Source: Candidatus Yanofskybacteria bacterium (lineage in GTDB: Bacteria; Patescibacteriota; Minisyncoccia; 2-02-FULL-40-12; GWA2-44-9). From it: DNA of 55,544 bases. The notes beneath the pieces are model-generated. The model searched no databases. It saw nothing but the letters and a program-made list of their open reading frames with translations, and was not told the origin of the DNA. The stretch spans positions 1 to 55,544 of the forward strand of contig JAHFKT010000003.1 of the NCBI GenBank assembly GCA_023245235.1, read 5' to 3'. Shown in pieces: positions 9,615 to 17,700 of this stretch. Each line of letters opens with the position of its first letter. Position 1 is the first letter of the stretch. Position numbers and translations under genes: made by a program.

Positions 9615-9919
9615 CAGCGTTTTGGAATTATCGAACCCTCTTCTTCTTTTCTGAATACGTATTTCTTCGGTCCGAACATGAATGACATCGCCATAGCGAT
9701 GTAGTTTATCAGGGGCATATCATCGATCTTCAGGAATGCCAGCGCGCCGGCTATGGCGACGATCGGGATGGCTACGATGACCGCTGCGACCGGGCGCAGA
9801 ACGCTGAAATCAAGAAAAAGCATGGTGCCCCCGGCCGCTATCCAAAGGAATTGCTTCAGAGTGAACGGACCTACGATATTGATCTCGGTCTCGATGAATT
9901 GTGGCAATTGAAATCTCAT
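9614..9919 (-). CDS. PrgI-family (VirB3-like) membrane protein
   Basis: PQFIETE..IVGPFTLKQF followed by two TM helices. Confidence 0.85.
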   Translation of the reverse strand: MRFQLPQFIETEINIVGPFTLKQFLWIAAGGTMLFLDFSVLRPVAAVIVAIPIVAIAGALAFLKIDDMPLINYIAMAMSFMFGPKKYVFRKEEEGSIIPKR

Positions 9920-9925
9920 AACCGG

Positions 9926-12193
9926 TTAGCTGTTATTCTCTCCGTTCTTCAGGTCCAGGACATTAGCCGGACTTACGCTGGCTGTCGGCCCCGCCGGGGC
10001 GAATCCGATCGGCCGCTGACCTCCGGTTCCCTGGCCCCTGCCCCCCTGAGGAGGATTGCCCTGTGCGGTCGCACCCTGCCCCCCGCCCTGCCTGTTCCGG
10101 GCTTGATTTTGGAACTTCTCCCTCGGCGCCACTTCATTGAGGACCGCAAGCTTATCAGTATCCCCCTGTTCGATCAGGGTCCGCTCAAGATTATTCCGAA
10201 GATCCCAACTTGCTTTCGCTGATGGCACGGGTGAGCCCGGAATAACTGAACCAAAGAGCTTTTCTTTAAGGGCGGCCTTAAAGGCATCCGATTTCCAGAG
10301 GTCATCGGGCATGGCGGCGATATTCTTGGGCTCAGTATTAAGAGAGCCTGCAATAGCGCCGTACTGAGTCGGCATGGTGGATTTTTTGCCGGTAGCTTCT
10401 TCCCCGGGCTGTTCGAGCATGCCGTTATCTTTGCGATACGTATAAACCAGGTCGGGTCTGACCTTGGCCATATCACCAAGGAAGCTCTTGGCTTCCGGGG
10501 ATTCCTTTCCGCCAAGAATACGTACCGCATTGCCCAGCTGGTCGACGTCCTTAATCCCCGCCGCCAGCTTGGGGTCACTTTTCAAATAGTTAAGTAAGTC
10601 ACGACGGACCGGAACATCAGAGCCGTTCTTACCGAACTGATGATTGAGCGCAATATCAAGCAACTGTCTGTTGCCACCGAATTTGGCCTCTTTCGAAGTC
10701 TTTATAAAGTCCTGAAGCGCATAGGGATTACTCTCCAATTCGCTGAGCGTCCTCTTGAACCGGTTGGGATCACCGTCACCGAGCTGAGCCAGCTTTTTGC
10801 GGTAGGCGAAACCCTGAGGGCTGGTTGCATTGGAGCTGTCGGCCCGCTGTCTGATCGTGGCGATGTCAAGACGACCGGCGCTATAGTCATCTTCGATCTT
10901 GTCGTAGTTCTGCTTAATATTCGCAACGAAATCTTTTTGGTTCTTAAATTCCGCACCCCGCACCCCGAAGCGCTGGGCCCAGCCGGCCTGCTGTCGCTGC
11001 GTAGCCGCTTCTCCGCCGTAGATGCGGTTAAACAAACCACCCTGGGGACCGAGACCCTGTTTCTGGATCTCCTGGAGTTTTTGTTGGGCGGCACCTTGAG
11101 CGGCATAGTATGAACTGAATCCGGGTAGTCGTTTCACGAAATTCTTGGCTACGCCCACGCCGCCCTGGAATCCGCTGCCCATCTTTGAAGTAACCGCTAC
11201 CGCAGCGGCGGTACCACCGGCCATTACAAACGCGGAAAAGAGATAGAAGAACAGCGTATTGAAGGTATACGATCCGGTGCCGTAGATCAGCTTCTCGCTG
11301 CTGTATTGGTTTGCTACCGCGTTGATGATCATGTCCCGCTTACTCAAGAATACCAACCCCAGATAAAGGAAAAAGAGATAAACCGGCAGAAATAGATTCC
11401 AGCCGAAGAACAGACCCCACCATTTCTTAAACCAATGTTGTGTCCCGGAAAAGATATTCGCCATCCAGGCCAGGGGGGAGACGATCAGCAGCGCCCAGAT
11501 CACGAATATTCTGAAAAATGCGAACACCGTCGCAACGAGCAGGCTGAACATGAAGATAGCGCTCAGAATCACTCCGAACACCAAGGAGAGTCCGGCCGAC
11601 GATAGAATGTCCATGGTCTTAAAGCCGGGGTCAGTGGAGGTGGTGGGAGCCGTAAGAAATATCGACGGGTTAAGGAACTGGCCGAGCCGCTCGCCGGGAT
11701 TGCCGATCGATGCCAGAAAGACATTGGTCAGGACCTGGCAGCCGTCGATAACCAGACCGCCGATGACAAGACTGAAGTTTATCAGAACCGCGACGATCAG
11801 GAACCGGAATATCAGGTCCTGAAACCGCTGTTTCGAGACATCGAAGATCGTGGCGAACGCCATCCATATCAATGCGATCACGAACAGCATGTTCGAAAAA
11901 TCGCGCAGGATCTTCCATGTTTCAGTTATGACGGGGATATTGCCATAAGCTCGGACGTAGACGGCGTATGAAAATGCTTTGGCCAACCAGGCGGTGATGT
12001 TTTGAATGATCGCGAAAACCACCCAGAACAGATACGAAATGACGTAGCCGATGGCCGAAGTAGCAATGTCGGTGAGACCAAATATATCGGCGCGAATGAA
12101 GTGGGTCGGCATGATCACCAATGCGAAGACCAGAATCGCGATGATCCATATTTTGGCCCGGGATATGTTCTTAAAAAAATTTAGTACTTTCAT
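9926..12193 (-). CDS. VirB6/TrbL-like polytopic membrane protein with long soluble C-terminus
   Basis: W..LRDFSN, AVLINFSL, LLIVSPLAW, F.KWW motifs in a multi-TM N-terminal half. Confidence 0.7.
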   Translation of the reverse strand: MKVLNFFKNISRAKIWIIAILVFALVIMPTHFIRADIFGLTDIATSAIGYVISYLFWVVFAIIQNITAWLAKAFSYAVYVRAYGNIPVITETWKILRDFSNMLFVIALIWMAFATIFDVSKQRFQDLIFRFLIVAVLINFSLVIGGLVIDGCQVLTNVFLASIGNPGERLGQFLNPSIFLTAPTTSTDPGFKTMDILSSAGLSLVFGVILSAIFMFSLLVATVFAFFRIFVIWALLIVSPLAWMANIFSGTQHWFKKWWGLFFGWNLFLPVYLFFLYLGLVFLSKRDMIINAVANQYSSEKLIYGTGSYTFNTLFFYLFSAFVMAGGTAAAVAVTSKMGSGFQGGVGVAKNFVKRLPGFSSYYAAQGAAQQKLQEIQKQGLGPQGGLFNRIYGGEAATQRQQAGWAQRFGVRGAEFKNQKDFVANIKQNYDKIEDDYSAGRLDIATIRQRADSSNATSPQGFAYRKKLAQLGDGDPNRFKRTLSELESNPYALQDFIKTSKEAKFGGNRQLLDIALNHQFGKNGSDVPVRRDLLNYLKSDPKLAAGIKDVDQLGNAVRILGGKESPEAKSFLGDMAKVRPDLVYTYRKDNGMLEQPGEEATGKKSTMPTQYGAIAGSLNTEPKNIAAMPDDLWKSDAFKAALKEKLFGSVIPGSPVPSAKASWDLRNNLERTLIEQGDTDKLAVLNEVAPREKFQNQARNRQGGGQGATAQGNPPQGGRGQGTGGQRPIGFAPAGPTASVSPANVLDLKNGENNS

Positions 12194-12235
12194 GAGCTAC
12201 GAATAATTATACCGCAAAAGAAGCTTTGGCATGGT

Positions 12236-13873
12236 CTAGGGTCCCCGATATCGGTCCGGACATGTCCCGTTACCGTCGGCAGGGCCGCATCCGGTCGGAT
12301 TCCAGGCTGGCTCGCTCCCGTCCCCTGTTCCGGCCAATACGTCGTAAATATATCCGTCAGAAAAAGCTATGATATCCACGGCGAATCCGCCGCAATTATT
12401 ACCGCCCGGTTTATCAAGGAATCCCGCCCCTCCACCGATCAATTGAACTGCGCGTTGAACAATTGCGAACCTGAAGCACTCATTGACCGCCCCGGGTTCG
12501 GGGAATTGTTTACCGGCGGCGACCAGCTCTGCCTTTGCGGCTGCCACTTCGGCCTGATGATTGCCGTGTTTAGTGCCGGCATCCGCCGGCGGAGGCGCCC
12601 CCGCCTCTGCGGTCGGCGACGGCAGCAAAGGATAGGGTTGGAACGTAGCCCCCGGCAGGCTTACGGCCGGAGAGGCTTTCAGCGCGTTCGCGCACGATTC
12701 CGTGCATCTGGTGTAGGGATACTCGTTCTTGCTGAACTCCTCCCGGACCTGTTCACAGTAGCTCTTGCCGCAGGCGTCATCATGATGGCCGAACAGGTTG
12801 GTGTGGCCGCTGCAGCTCTGGTGCTCCAGCGGAAATTGGGACCAGGCCTGCGGATAGTTAGTTTTGACCCAGAAACCGGCCTCGGGGCTGATGTTATCTT
12901 CGGCCATGCAGAACTCGTCCTTATACGAATCGCCCGTTCTCTGGGGGGAAGGCACCGAGTAGGTGCTCTCGTTCGTGTCCCCGCCTGAGGCGAATGCCAG
13001 GTCAAAAAATCGGTTCACGACGATGGTGGTCACCGCGGTGATCGCCGCGTTCGCGGCCGAGTCGTCCGACGCGGCAAGAAACTTGTTCACGCTGTCAAAA
13101 GCATTCGCGACATTCTTATCTACCGTAGAACCGGGGGTCTTGATGTTGCCGGGGACCAGACATTGAGTGCCGACACGGACTTTGCAGTCCCCTTCGCCGA
13201 AGCCGAGGAATCCGCCGCCCGCGACGGCTTTCGTGGTTGCCGCCGATTGGGCCAGCGCCCGTTGTCTGGTTATCTCGTCGATCGATTGGAACGCGGCGCC
13301 GTAAGGGTTGTTCTGGGGCTGGAGCATCCGGGACCAGGCATCCCAGCCGCCGTTGCCGGCGAAGTCCTGCTGGTATTTGCCGATGGTGAAACCCGAAGGC
13401 AATGAGCAGTTCGTCCCGAGGCCGAATGTCTGAAGCGAATTGGTCCGGGTATTCAGGCCGGTCAGGTTGACCGAAGCGCCCGGCAACACGCCGAAAGCCT
13501 TTTTGATATCGTTCGCGAAGTAGCTGCAGAGGTGGGAACTCGACAGCATGGCCCGGAAGACGCCCTCACCCGTATACTGGCCCTGCGTTGCGAAGTTCAC
13601 CCAGTTCAGGACGAAGCCGGCCTTGCCGTCGGGACCGCTGCTCCTGACCTTATCGAGCACCCGGTTGGTTAGCCGCTGGATGGCTATGGCGGCCGCCACC
13701 TTGCCGGCGACCTTGAGGGCGTAGACGGCCCAGTTCGATGCGCCATAGTCGCTGCCCGCATTCGCCGAAGGAGCCGTCGAAACCAAATACCCGCTCAGGA
13801 GAGCTATCACCAAGAGGCATGCGATGATCGTTTTACTGTGAGCCATTCTCTTCCATTTTAACAAGAGACCCAC
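12236..13873 (-). CDS. Secreted/membrane Cys-rich protein upstream of the T4SS-like operon
   Basis: Signal-like N-terminus (start possibly at MAHSK), many Cys, Pro/Ala linker, distinct C-terminal domain. Confidence 0.7.
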   Translation of the reverse strand: MGLLLKWKRMAHSKTIIACLLVIALLSGYLVSTAPSANAGSDYGASNWAVYALKVAGKVAAAIAIQRLTNRVLDKVRSSGPDGKAGFVLNWVNFATQGQYTGEGVFRAMLSSSHLCSYFANDIKKAFGVLPGASVNLTGLNTRTNSLQTFGLGTNCSLPSGFTIGKYQQDFAGNGGWDAWSRMLQPQNNPYGAAFQSIDEITRQRALAQSAATTKAVAGGGFLGFGEGDCKVRVGTQCLVPGNIKTPGSTVDKNVANAFDSVNKFLAASDDSAANAAITAVTTIVVNRFFDLAFASGGDTNESTYSVPSPQRTGDSYKDEFCMAEDNISPEAGFWVKTNYPQAWSQFPLEHQSCSGHTNLFGHHDDACGKSYCEQVREEFSKNEYPYTRCTESCANALKASPAVSLPGATFQPYPLLPSPTAEAGAPPPADAGTKHGNHQAEVAAAKAELVAAGKQFPEPGAVNECFRFAIVQRAVQLIGGGAGFLDKPGGNNCGGFAVDIIAFSDGYIYDVLAGTGDGSEPAWNPTGCGPADGNGTCPDRYRGP

Positions 13874-13911
13874 TTGCCGACAATCAAGTTATAAGCTCAG
13901 ATCCAAAACTA

Positions 13912-13939
13912 AAAACAGCCGCCTTGCGGCGGCTGTTTT
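13912..13939 (-). terminator. Intrinsic terminator after VOC gene
   Basis: AAAACAGCCGCC-TTGC-GGCGGCTGTTTT. Confidence 0.8.
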
Positions 13940-13943
13940 CGGC

Positions 13944-14345
13944 TTACTTTTGTCCGGGATTACCGGGCATGATGGGTTTGATGACACCGATGACGTTGCC
14001 CTCGCAGTCCTCAACGTAGGCGTAGCGGCCCACCATTGGAATATCGAGAATTTCTCCGACGAGCTTGCCGCCGGATTTCTTGACCTTTTCCACGGCCGCA
14101 TCGCAGTCATCGACCGCGATGACGAGCACCGGAGACTTTATCGTTCCCCGCTTCATCATGCCGCCATTGATGAACGCCGGCCGCTCGGGCATCCCCTTCT
14201 CGTCGGTCGGTCCCGTCTGGAGGATGACATAGTTGCCATACTCTCCCGACATCACGTTCATCTTCCAGCCGAAGTTATCGGCATAGAATTTCTTTGCCCG
14301 TTCCACATCTTCCGCCGGTATCTCAAAATGTACTACTGGGTCCAT
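13944..14345 (-). CDS. VOC/glyoxalase family protein
   Basis: VVHFEIPAEDVERAKKFY..FGW, INGGM, D.EGNVIG. Confidence 0.92.
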   Translation of the reverse strand: MDPVVHFEIPAEDVERAKKFYADNFGWKMNVMSGEYGNYVILQTGPTDEKGMPERPAFINGGMMKRGTIKSPVLVIAVDDCDAAVEKVKKSGGKLVGEILDIPMVGRYAYVEDCEGNVIGVIKPIMPGNPGQK

Positions 14346-14385
14346 ATGATTTATGTTAGTTGGTTAACCTTAATATTAGTATATT

Positions 14386-14856
14386 TTATGAATTTTGGAT
14401 TGGTTCAGGAAAAAATAAACCGATTTTTAGACTTTCCAGCCGACCTTTTAAATCAGAGTTTAAAATCTCCTCTATTGTTGGCCAAGGAGTATAAGCTCTT
14501 GTTACGTGGCTTATATTATTATGTCGAGCTGCTCTTGCTTTTTTAACCACAGAATGACCCTCGAGCTGATCGATAGCTGGGCCATAGTAATTTCTTTTTA
14601 AAGAATCAATATTTTTTCTTGTATCAAATAAGTTTTGTAATCTAACACAAAGTTGGTCCCGAGTAAGCTCAAGAAGAACCCTTGCTGTCTCAGCTGTTAT
14701 GGGAAGGCCCGCTCTTTCGGAGGCATTCATTTTTCTGATTTTTAATACCCAATTATTCATTTCAGATAAAGCCTTGATTGAATCACAGCACTCGCTAATA
14801 ACAAAATGTATAGATTGAAGTGCGGGTCTTTTTTTAGAATTATTTTTTAAATTCAT
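14386..14856 (-). CDS. Putative HEPN-domain (AbiU2-like) RNase
   Basis: ATG at 14856, 156 aa; VRLQNLFD...SL followed by RHNNISH (Rx5H); visibly AT-richer than flanks. Confidence 0.6.
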   Translation of the reverse strand: MNLKNNSKKRPALQSIHFVISECCDSIKALSEMNNWVLKIRKMNASERAGLPITAETARVLLELTRDQLCVRLQNLFDTRKNIDSLKRNYYGPAIDQLEGHSVVKKARAARHNNISHVTRAYTPWPTIEEILNSDLKGRLESLKIGLFFPEPIQNS

Positions 14857-14859
14857 GTG

Positions 14860-14930
14860 TGGACCTGGGGAGAATCGAACTCCCGACCCGGCAATGCGAA
14901 TGCCGTATAATACCACTTTACGACAGGCCC
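14860..14930 (-). tRNA. tRNA-Ala(CGC), no encoded CCA
   Basis: GGGCCTG acceptor with G3:U70, anticodon arm CGGCA-TTCGCAT-TGCCG, GTTCGATT T-loop. Confidence 0.93.
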
Positions 14931-15328
14931 TTCTTCTTTAGGTATTCGTTAATCAACTTGATATGCTTCTGGTCTTTGGTCCGGCCGTGGAGCTTCTTCC
15001 AGACCAGCACGCTTTCCAATGATACGAATGGCAGGCCGTCGATTGTTTCCGCTTCACGGATGAGCTTGCCGATGTCCCAGATACCGGGCCGCCAGTCCCT
15101 CCAGAGCTCTATCTTAATACCGGCATCCAGGTACGGACTGCCGCTGGGCGCTTTTTTAAGTATCCAGCCCGGCCGCTCCTGGCTTTCCTCGAACACATCC
15201 TTGGTTACGATGATATCAAGGTCGTGGGGCTGGATGACCCCGCGCACCAACAGCGGCCCGCTGCCGAAGATGGCGTACTTGCCCTTCGGAAGGCCCAGGT
15301 CTTTTAATCGGTGAAATAGTGTTTTCAT
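14918..15328 (-). CDS. Small Pol-beta-fold nucleotidyltransferase-like protein
   Basis: YAIFGSG...HDLDII (GS...DxD) and C-terminal GRTKD motif. Confidence 0.7.
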   Translation of the reverse strand: MKTLFHRLKDLGLPKGKYAIFGSGPLLVRGVIQPHDLDIIVTKDVFEESQERPGWILKKAPSGSPYLDAGIKIELWRDWRPGIWDIGKLIREAETIDGLPFVSLESVLVWKKLHGRTKDQKHIKLINEYLKKKGLS

Positions 15329-15329
15329 G

Positions 15330-16007
15330 TTATTTGACGATGACCCACCGGGCGACGTCAGCGGACTTTTTAATAGTCACCGTATCCCCTTCTCCCAGCT
15401 GGAAGAACTCCTGCTGATTGTCGGCATAGACGACGGCCGGCCCGCGGACGACCTGGAGTCTGATGGCCTTAGCGTCATCGAGCACGACATGGTCGAACTG
15501 CTCGGTGCTGTTGTTGAAGGCTAGGCCGATACCGGTCTCAAAGGAACTGTCGGTGATGCTCCGGTAGTAGGCGGTCGAGCCGAATGGCGTCGCGACCACG
15601 ATGCCGTCGCCGATGACGACTCCGCCGAGCTGCCGTTCGTCCGCCCAGAGATTGTAGCGGATGGCGTGGCGCGGATCGCCGTTGTGAACCGTAATGTCGT
15701 TCATCCCGGTTATCGTTTTGCCGTTGGCCGAACCTTCAAGTTTGATGAGCGTGCGGATGTCATAGCTTCCGGCTTTTACTTTTTTGAGCACCTCTTCGTT
15801 GGGCAGTACCGAGCATACTTTGCAGACGGCGCTGTCTTTGAGGACTATCTTGGGAATGCCGGGGTAGGCATGCTCGGCTTTCATGAACGTGCCGTCTCCG
15901 CCGAAGCTGACCACAAATTCAGGAGCGTCTTGTACGACCTGGAATCCCAATCTCTCAACCAGCTCTACGGCCCGCGCCTCGTTGTGACCGACAATTGCTA
16001 CTTTCAT
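15330..16007 (-). CDS. nadK: NAD(+) kinase
   Basis: SFGGDGT, MND, GDGIVVATPFGSTAY. Confidence 0.9.
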   Translation of the reverse strand: MKVAIVGHNEARAVELVERLGFQVVQDAPEFVVSFGGDGTFMKAEHAYPGIPKIVLKDSAVCKVCSVLPNEEVLKKVKAGSYDIRTLIKLEGSANGKTITGMNDITVHNGDPRHAIRYNLWADERQLGGVVIGDGIVVATPFGSTAYYRSITDSSFETGIGLAFNNSTEQFDHVVLDDAKAIRLQVVRGPAVVYADNQQEFFQLGEGDTVTIKKSADVARWVIVK

Positions 16008-16027
16008 GCGTCTGTTTAGCCGCTGTG

Positions 16028-16098
16028 TCGGGCCGCCGGGAATCGAACCCGGTCCCTACGAACCCGAATCGTATGTACTACCGGCATACTCCGGCCCG
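16028..16098 (-). tRNA. tRNA-Pro(CGG), no encoded CCA
   Basis: CGGGCCG acceptor, anticodon arm TACGA-TTCGGGT-TCGTA, GGTTCGATTCC T-arm. Confidence 0.93.
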
Positions 16099-16124
16099 AC
16101 ACAACGGCCAATCCTTTTTAAGTT

Positions 16125-17558
16125 TTAAACGTAGAATTTTTCCATCCGTTCCTTGTCTTCTTCCTCTCGGGCTTTCTCGATAGCATCTAATGCTTTTTGC
16201 AGGTCCTGGGCCGTCAGTTTGTCCAGTTCGTGTATCCTCCCGGTCAGATATTCTACCCCATTTTTGGCCGGTTCGTCCAGTACTTCGGCCAGGAGCGTGC
16301 TTAAGATAAGACCGATCTTCGGGCCAGGTTTTATGCCCAATTCCTTCATCACGTCCTGGCCGTTGACCTTGAGCATTTTGACCGAGATGGGGTCGTGGGA
16401 GACCTTGTCGATGATGTACTTCATGTGCCGCAGTTTGTAGGGCACGGCTTTGGGACGGCCGGAGCCGATGCGGTCGGCTTCGCGAACCTTTAACAGGTCT
16501 TCAATGTTATCCGGTCCGACATTGACCAAGAGGCGCCGGACCGAGGACTCGGTCACCTCGCCGACGTTGTAGAAGAACATATGATACCGCACGAGCTTCA
16601 CGACCTGTTCGGTCAGGTCTTTGGAAAAGCGCAGGCGTTCCATGATGCCGGCCGTGATGCGGGCGCCGATGACCTCGTGGCCGTAGAACGTTGAATGCTC
16701 CCCTTCTCCGCGCTTGGACTGGGGCTTGCCGATGTCATGGAACAGCGCCGCCAGACGCACCGCCAGCGAATAATTTTTTTCGGCCGTGTATTTTAACGCG
16801 CGAACGAGATGCTCCCAGACCGAATAGATGTGGTGGAGGTTCTGACTGACGCCGATGCCGACCCGCAGTTCCGGAACGATATGTTCCATGAGCTCCGTTT
16901 CTTCAAGAAGGAGCATGCCCTCGTAGGCATTGTCGGACTCGACGATCTTCACGAACTCATCCCGGATGCGTTCTTTCGAGATGGCCGCCAGCCATTTTGA
17001 GTTTTTCCTGACGGCGGCCAGCGTTCCTTTTTCGATATCAAAACCCAGGACCGTGGCAAAGCGGACCGCCCGCAGAAGGCGCAGAGCGTCTTCGCCAAAG
17101 CGTTCCTCCGGTTTGCCGACCGTGCGGATAAGTTTCTTTTTGAGGTCATTTTCGCCGCCGTAGAGGTCGGTTATTGTTCCGTCGGGGTCCATTGCCATTG
17201 CGTTCACGGTAAAGTCCCGGCGCGACAGGTCGTCCTCGAGTTTATCGGCAAAACGGATCTCGTCCGGATGGCGCTTGTCGGAATACTTAGCCTCGATGCG
17301 ATACGGCGTGACCTGGACTTCTTTCAGGCCCGGGTCCTCGGAGCCGGTCTTGACCGTGACCGTGCCGAAGTTGTTCTCGTAGAAATTCTCCGGGAATAGT
17401 TTCTGGATATCTTCGGGCTTGGCGTTGGTGGTGACGTCCCAGTCCTTGGGCGTTTTGCCGAGCATCAGGTCGCGGACGCATCCGCCGACCGCGTGGGCCT
17501 CAAAGCCCCCTTTGTTCAGGGTTTGGAGAATGGATTGTACTTCGGTTGGTAGTCGCAT
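16125..17558 (-). CDS. cca: CCA-adding tRNA nucleotidyltransferase with HD domain
   Basis: AVGGCVRD..KDWDVTT, DLSRRDFTVNAMA, EDALRLLRAVRF, LFHDIGK. Confidence 0.92.
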   Translation of the reverse strand: MRLPTEVQSILQTLNKGGFEAHAVGGCVRDLMLGKTPKDWDVTTNAKPEDIQKLFPENFYENNFGTVTVKTGSEDPGLKEVQVTPYRIEAKYSDKRHPDEIRFADKLEDDLSRRDFTVNAMAMDPDGTITDLYGGENDLKKKLIRTVGKPEERFGEDALRLLRAVRFATVLGFDIEKGTLAAVRKNSKWLAAISKERIRDEFVKIVESDNAYEGMLLLEETELMEHIVPELRVGIGVSQNLHHIYSVWEHLVRALKYTAEKNYSLAVRLAALFHDIGKPQSKRGEGEHSTFYGHEVIGARITAGIMERLRFSKDLTEQVVKLVRYHMFFYNVGEVTESSVRRLLVNVGPDNIEDLLKVREADRIGSGRPKAVPYKLRHMKYIIDKVSHDPISVKMLKVNGQDVMKELGIKPGPKIGLILSTLLAEVLDEPAKNGVEYLTGRIHELDKLTAQDLQKALDAIEKAREEEDKERMEKFYV

Positions 17559-17568
17559 TACCCGGTTA

Positions 17569-17640
17569 TGCCCTCAGTAGGAATCGAACCTACATCTATC
17601 CCTTAGGACGGGACTGTTCTATCCATTGAACTACGAGGGC
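17569..17640 (-). tRNA. tRNA-Arg(CCT), no encoded CCA
   Basis: GCCCTCG acceptor, anticodon arm GTCCC-GTCCTAA-GGGAT, GGTTCGATTCC. Confidence 0.93.
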
Positions 17641-17700
17641 TATTAAGTGGCTATTTATCTTGTCATAATACCATTTTAGTGTTAATTTTTCAAACGTTTC

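Noticed and set aside
13950..14546. Long antisense ORFs (also 18977-19723, 25802-26551, 32972-33649, 40874-41740)
   Set aside because: Shadows of well-supported genes on the opposite strand, without recognisable motifs
14857..14916. N-terminal extensions of ORFs running through tRNA genes (also 40478-40555 and 42547-42627)
   Set aside because: These are translations of tRNA sequence; ATGs just after the tRNAs are better starts
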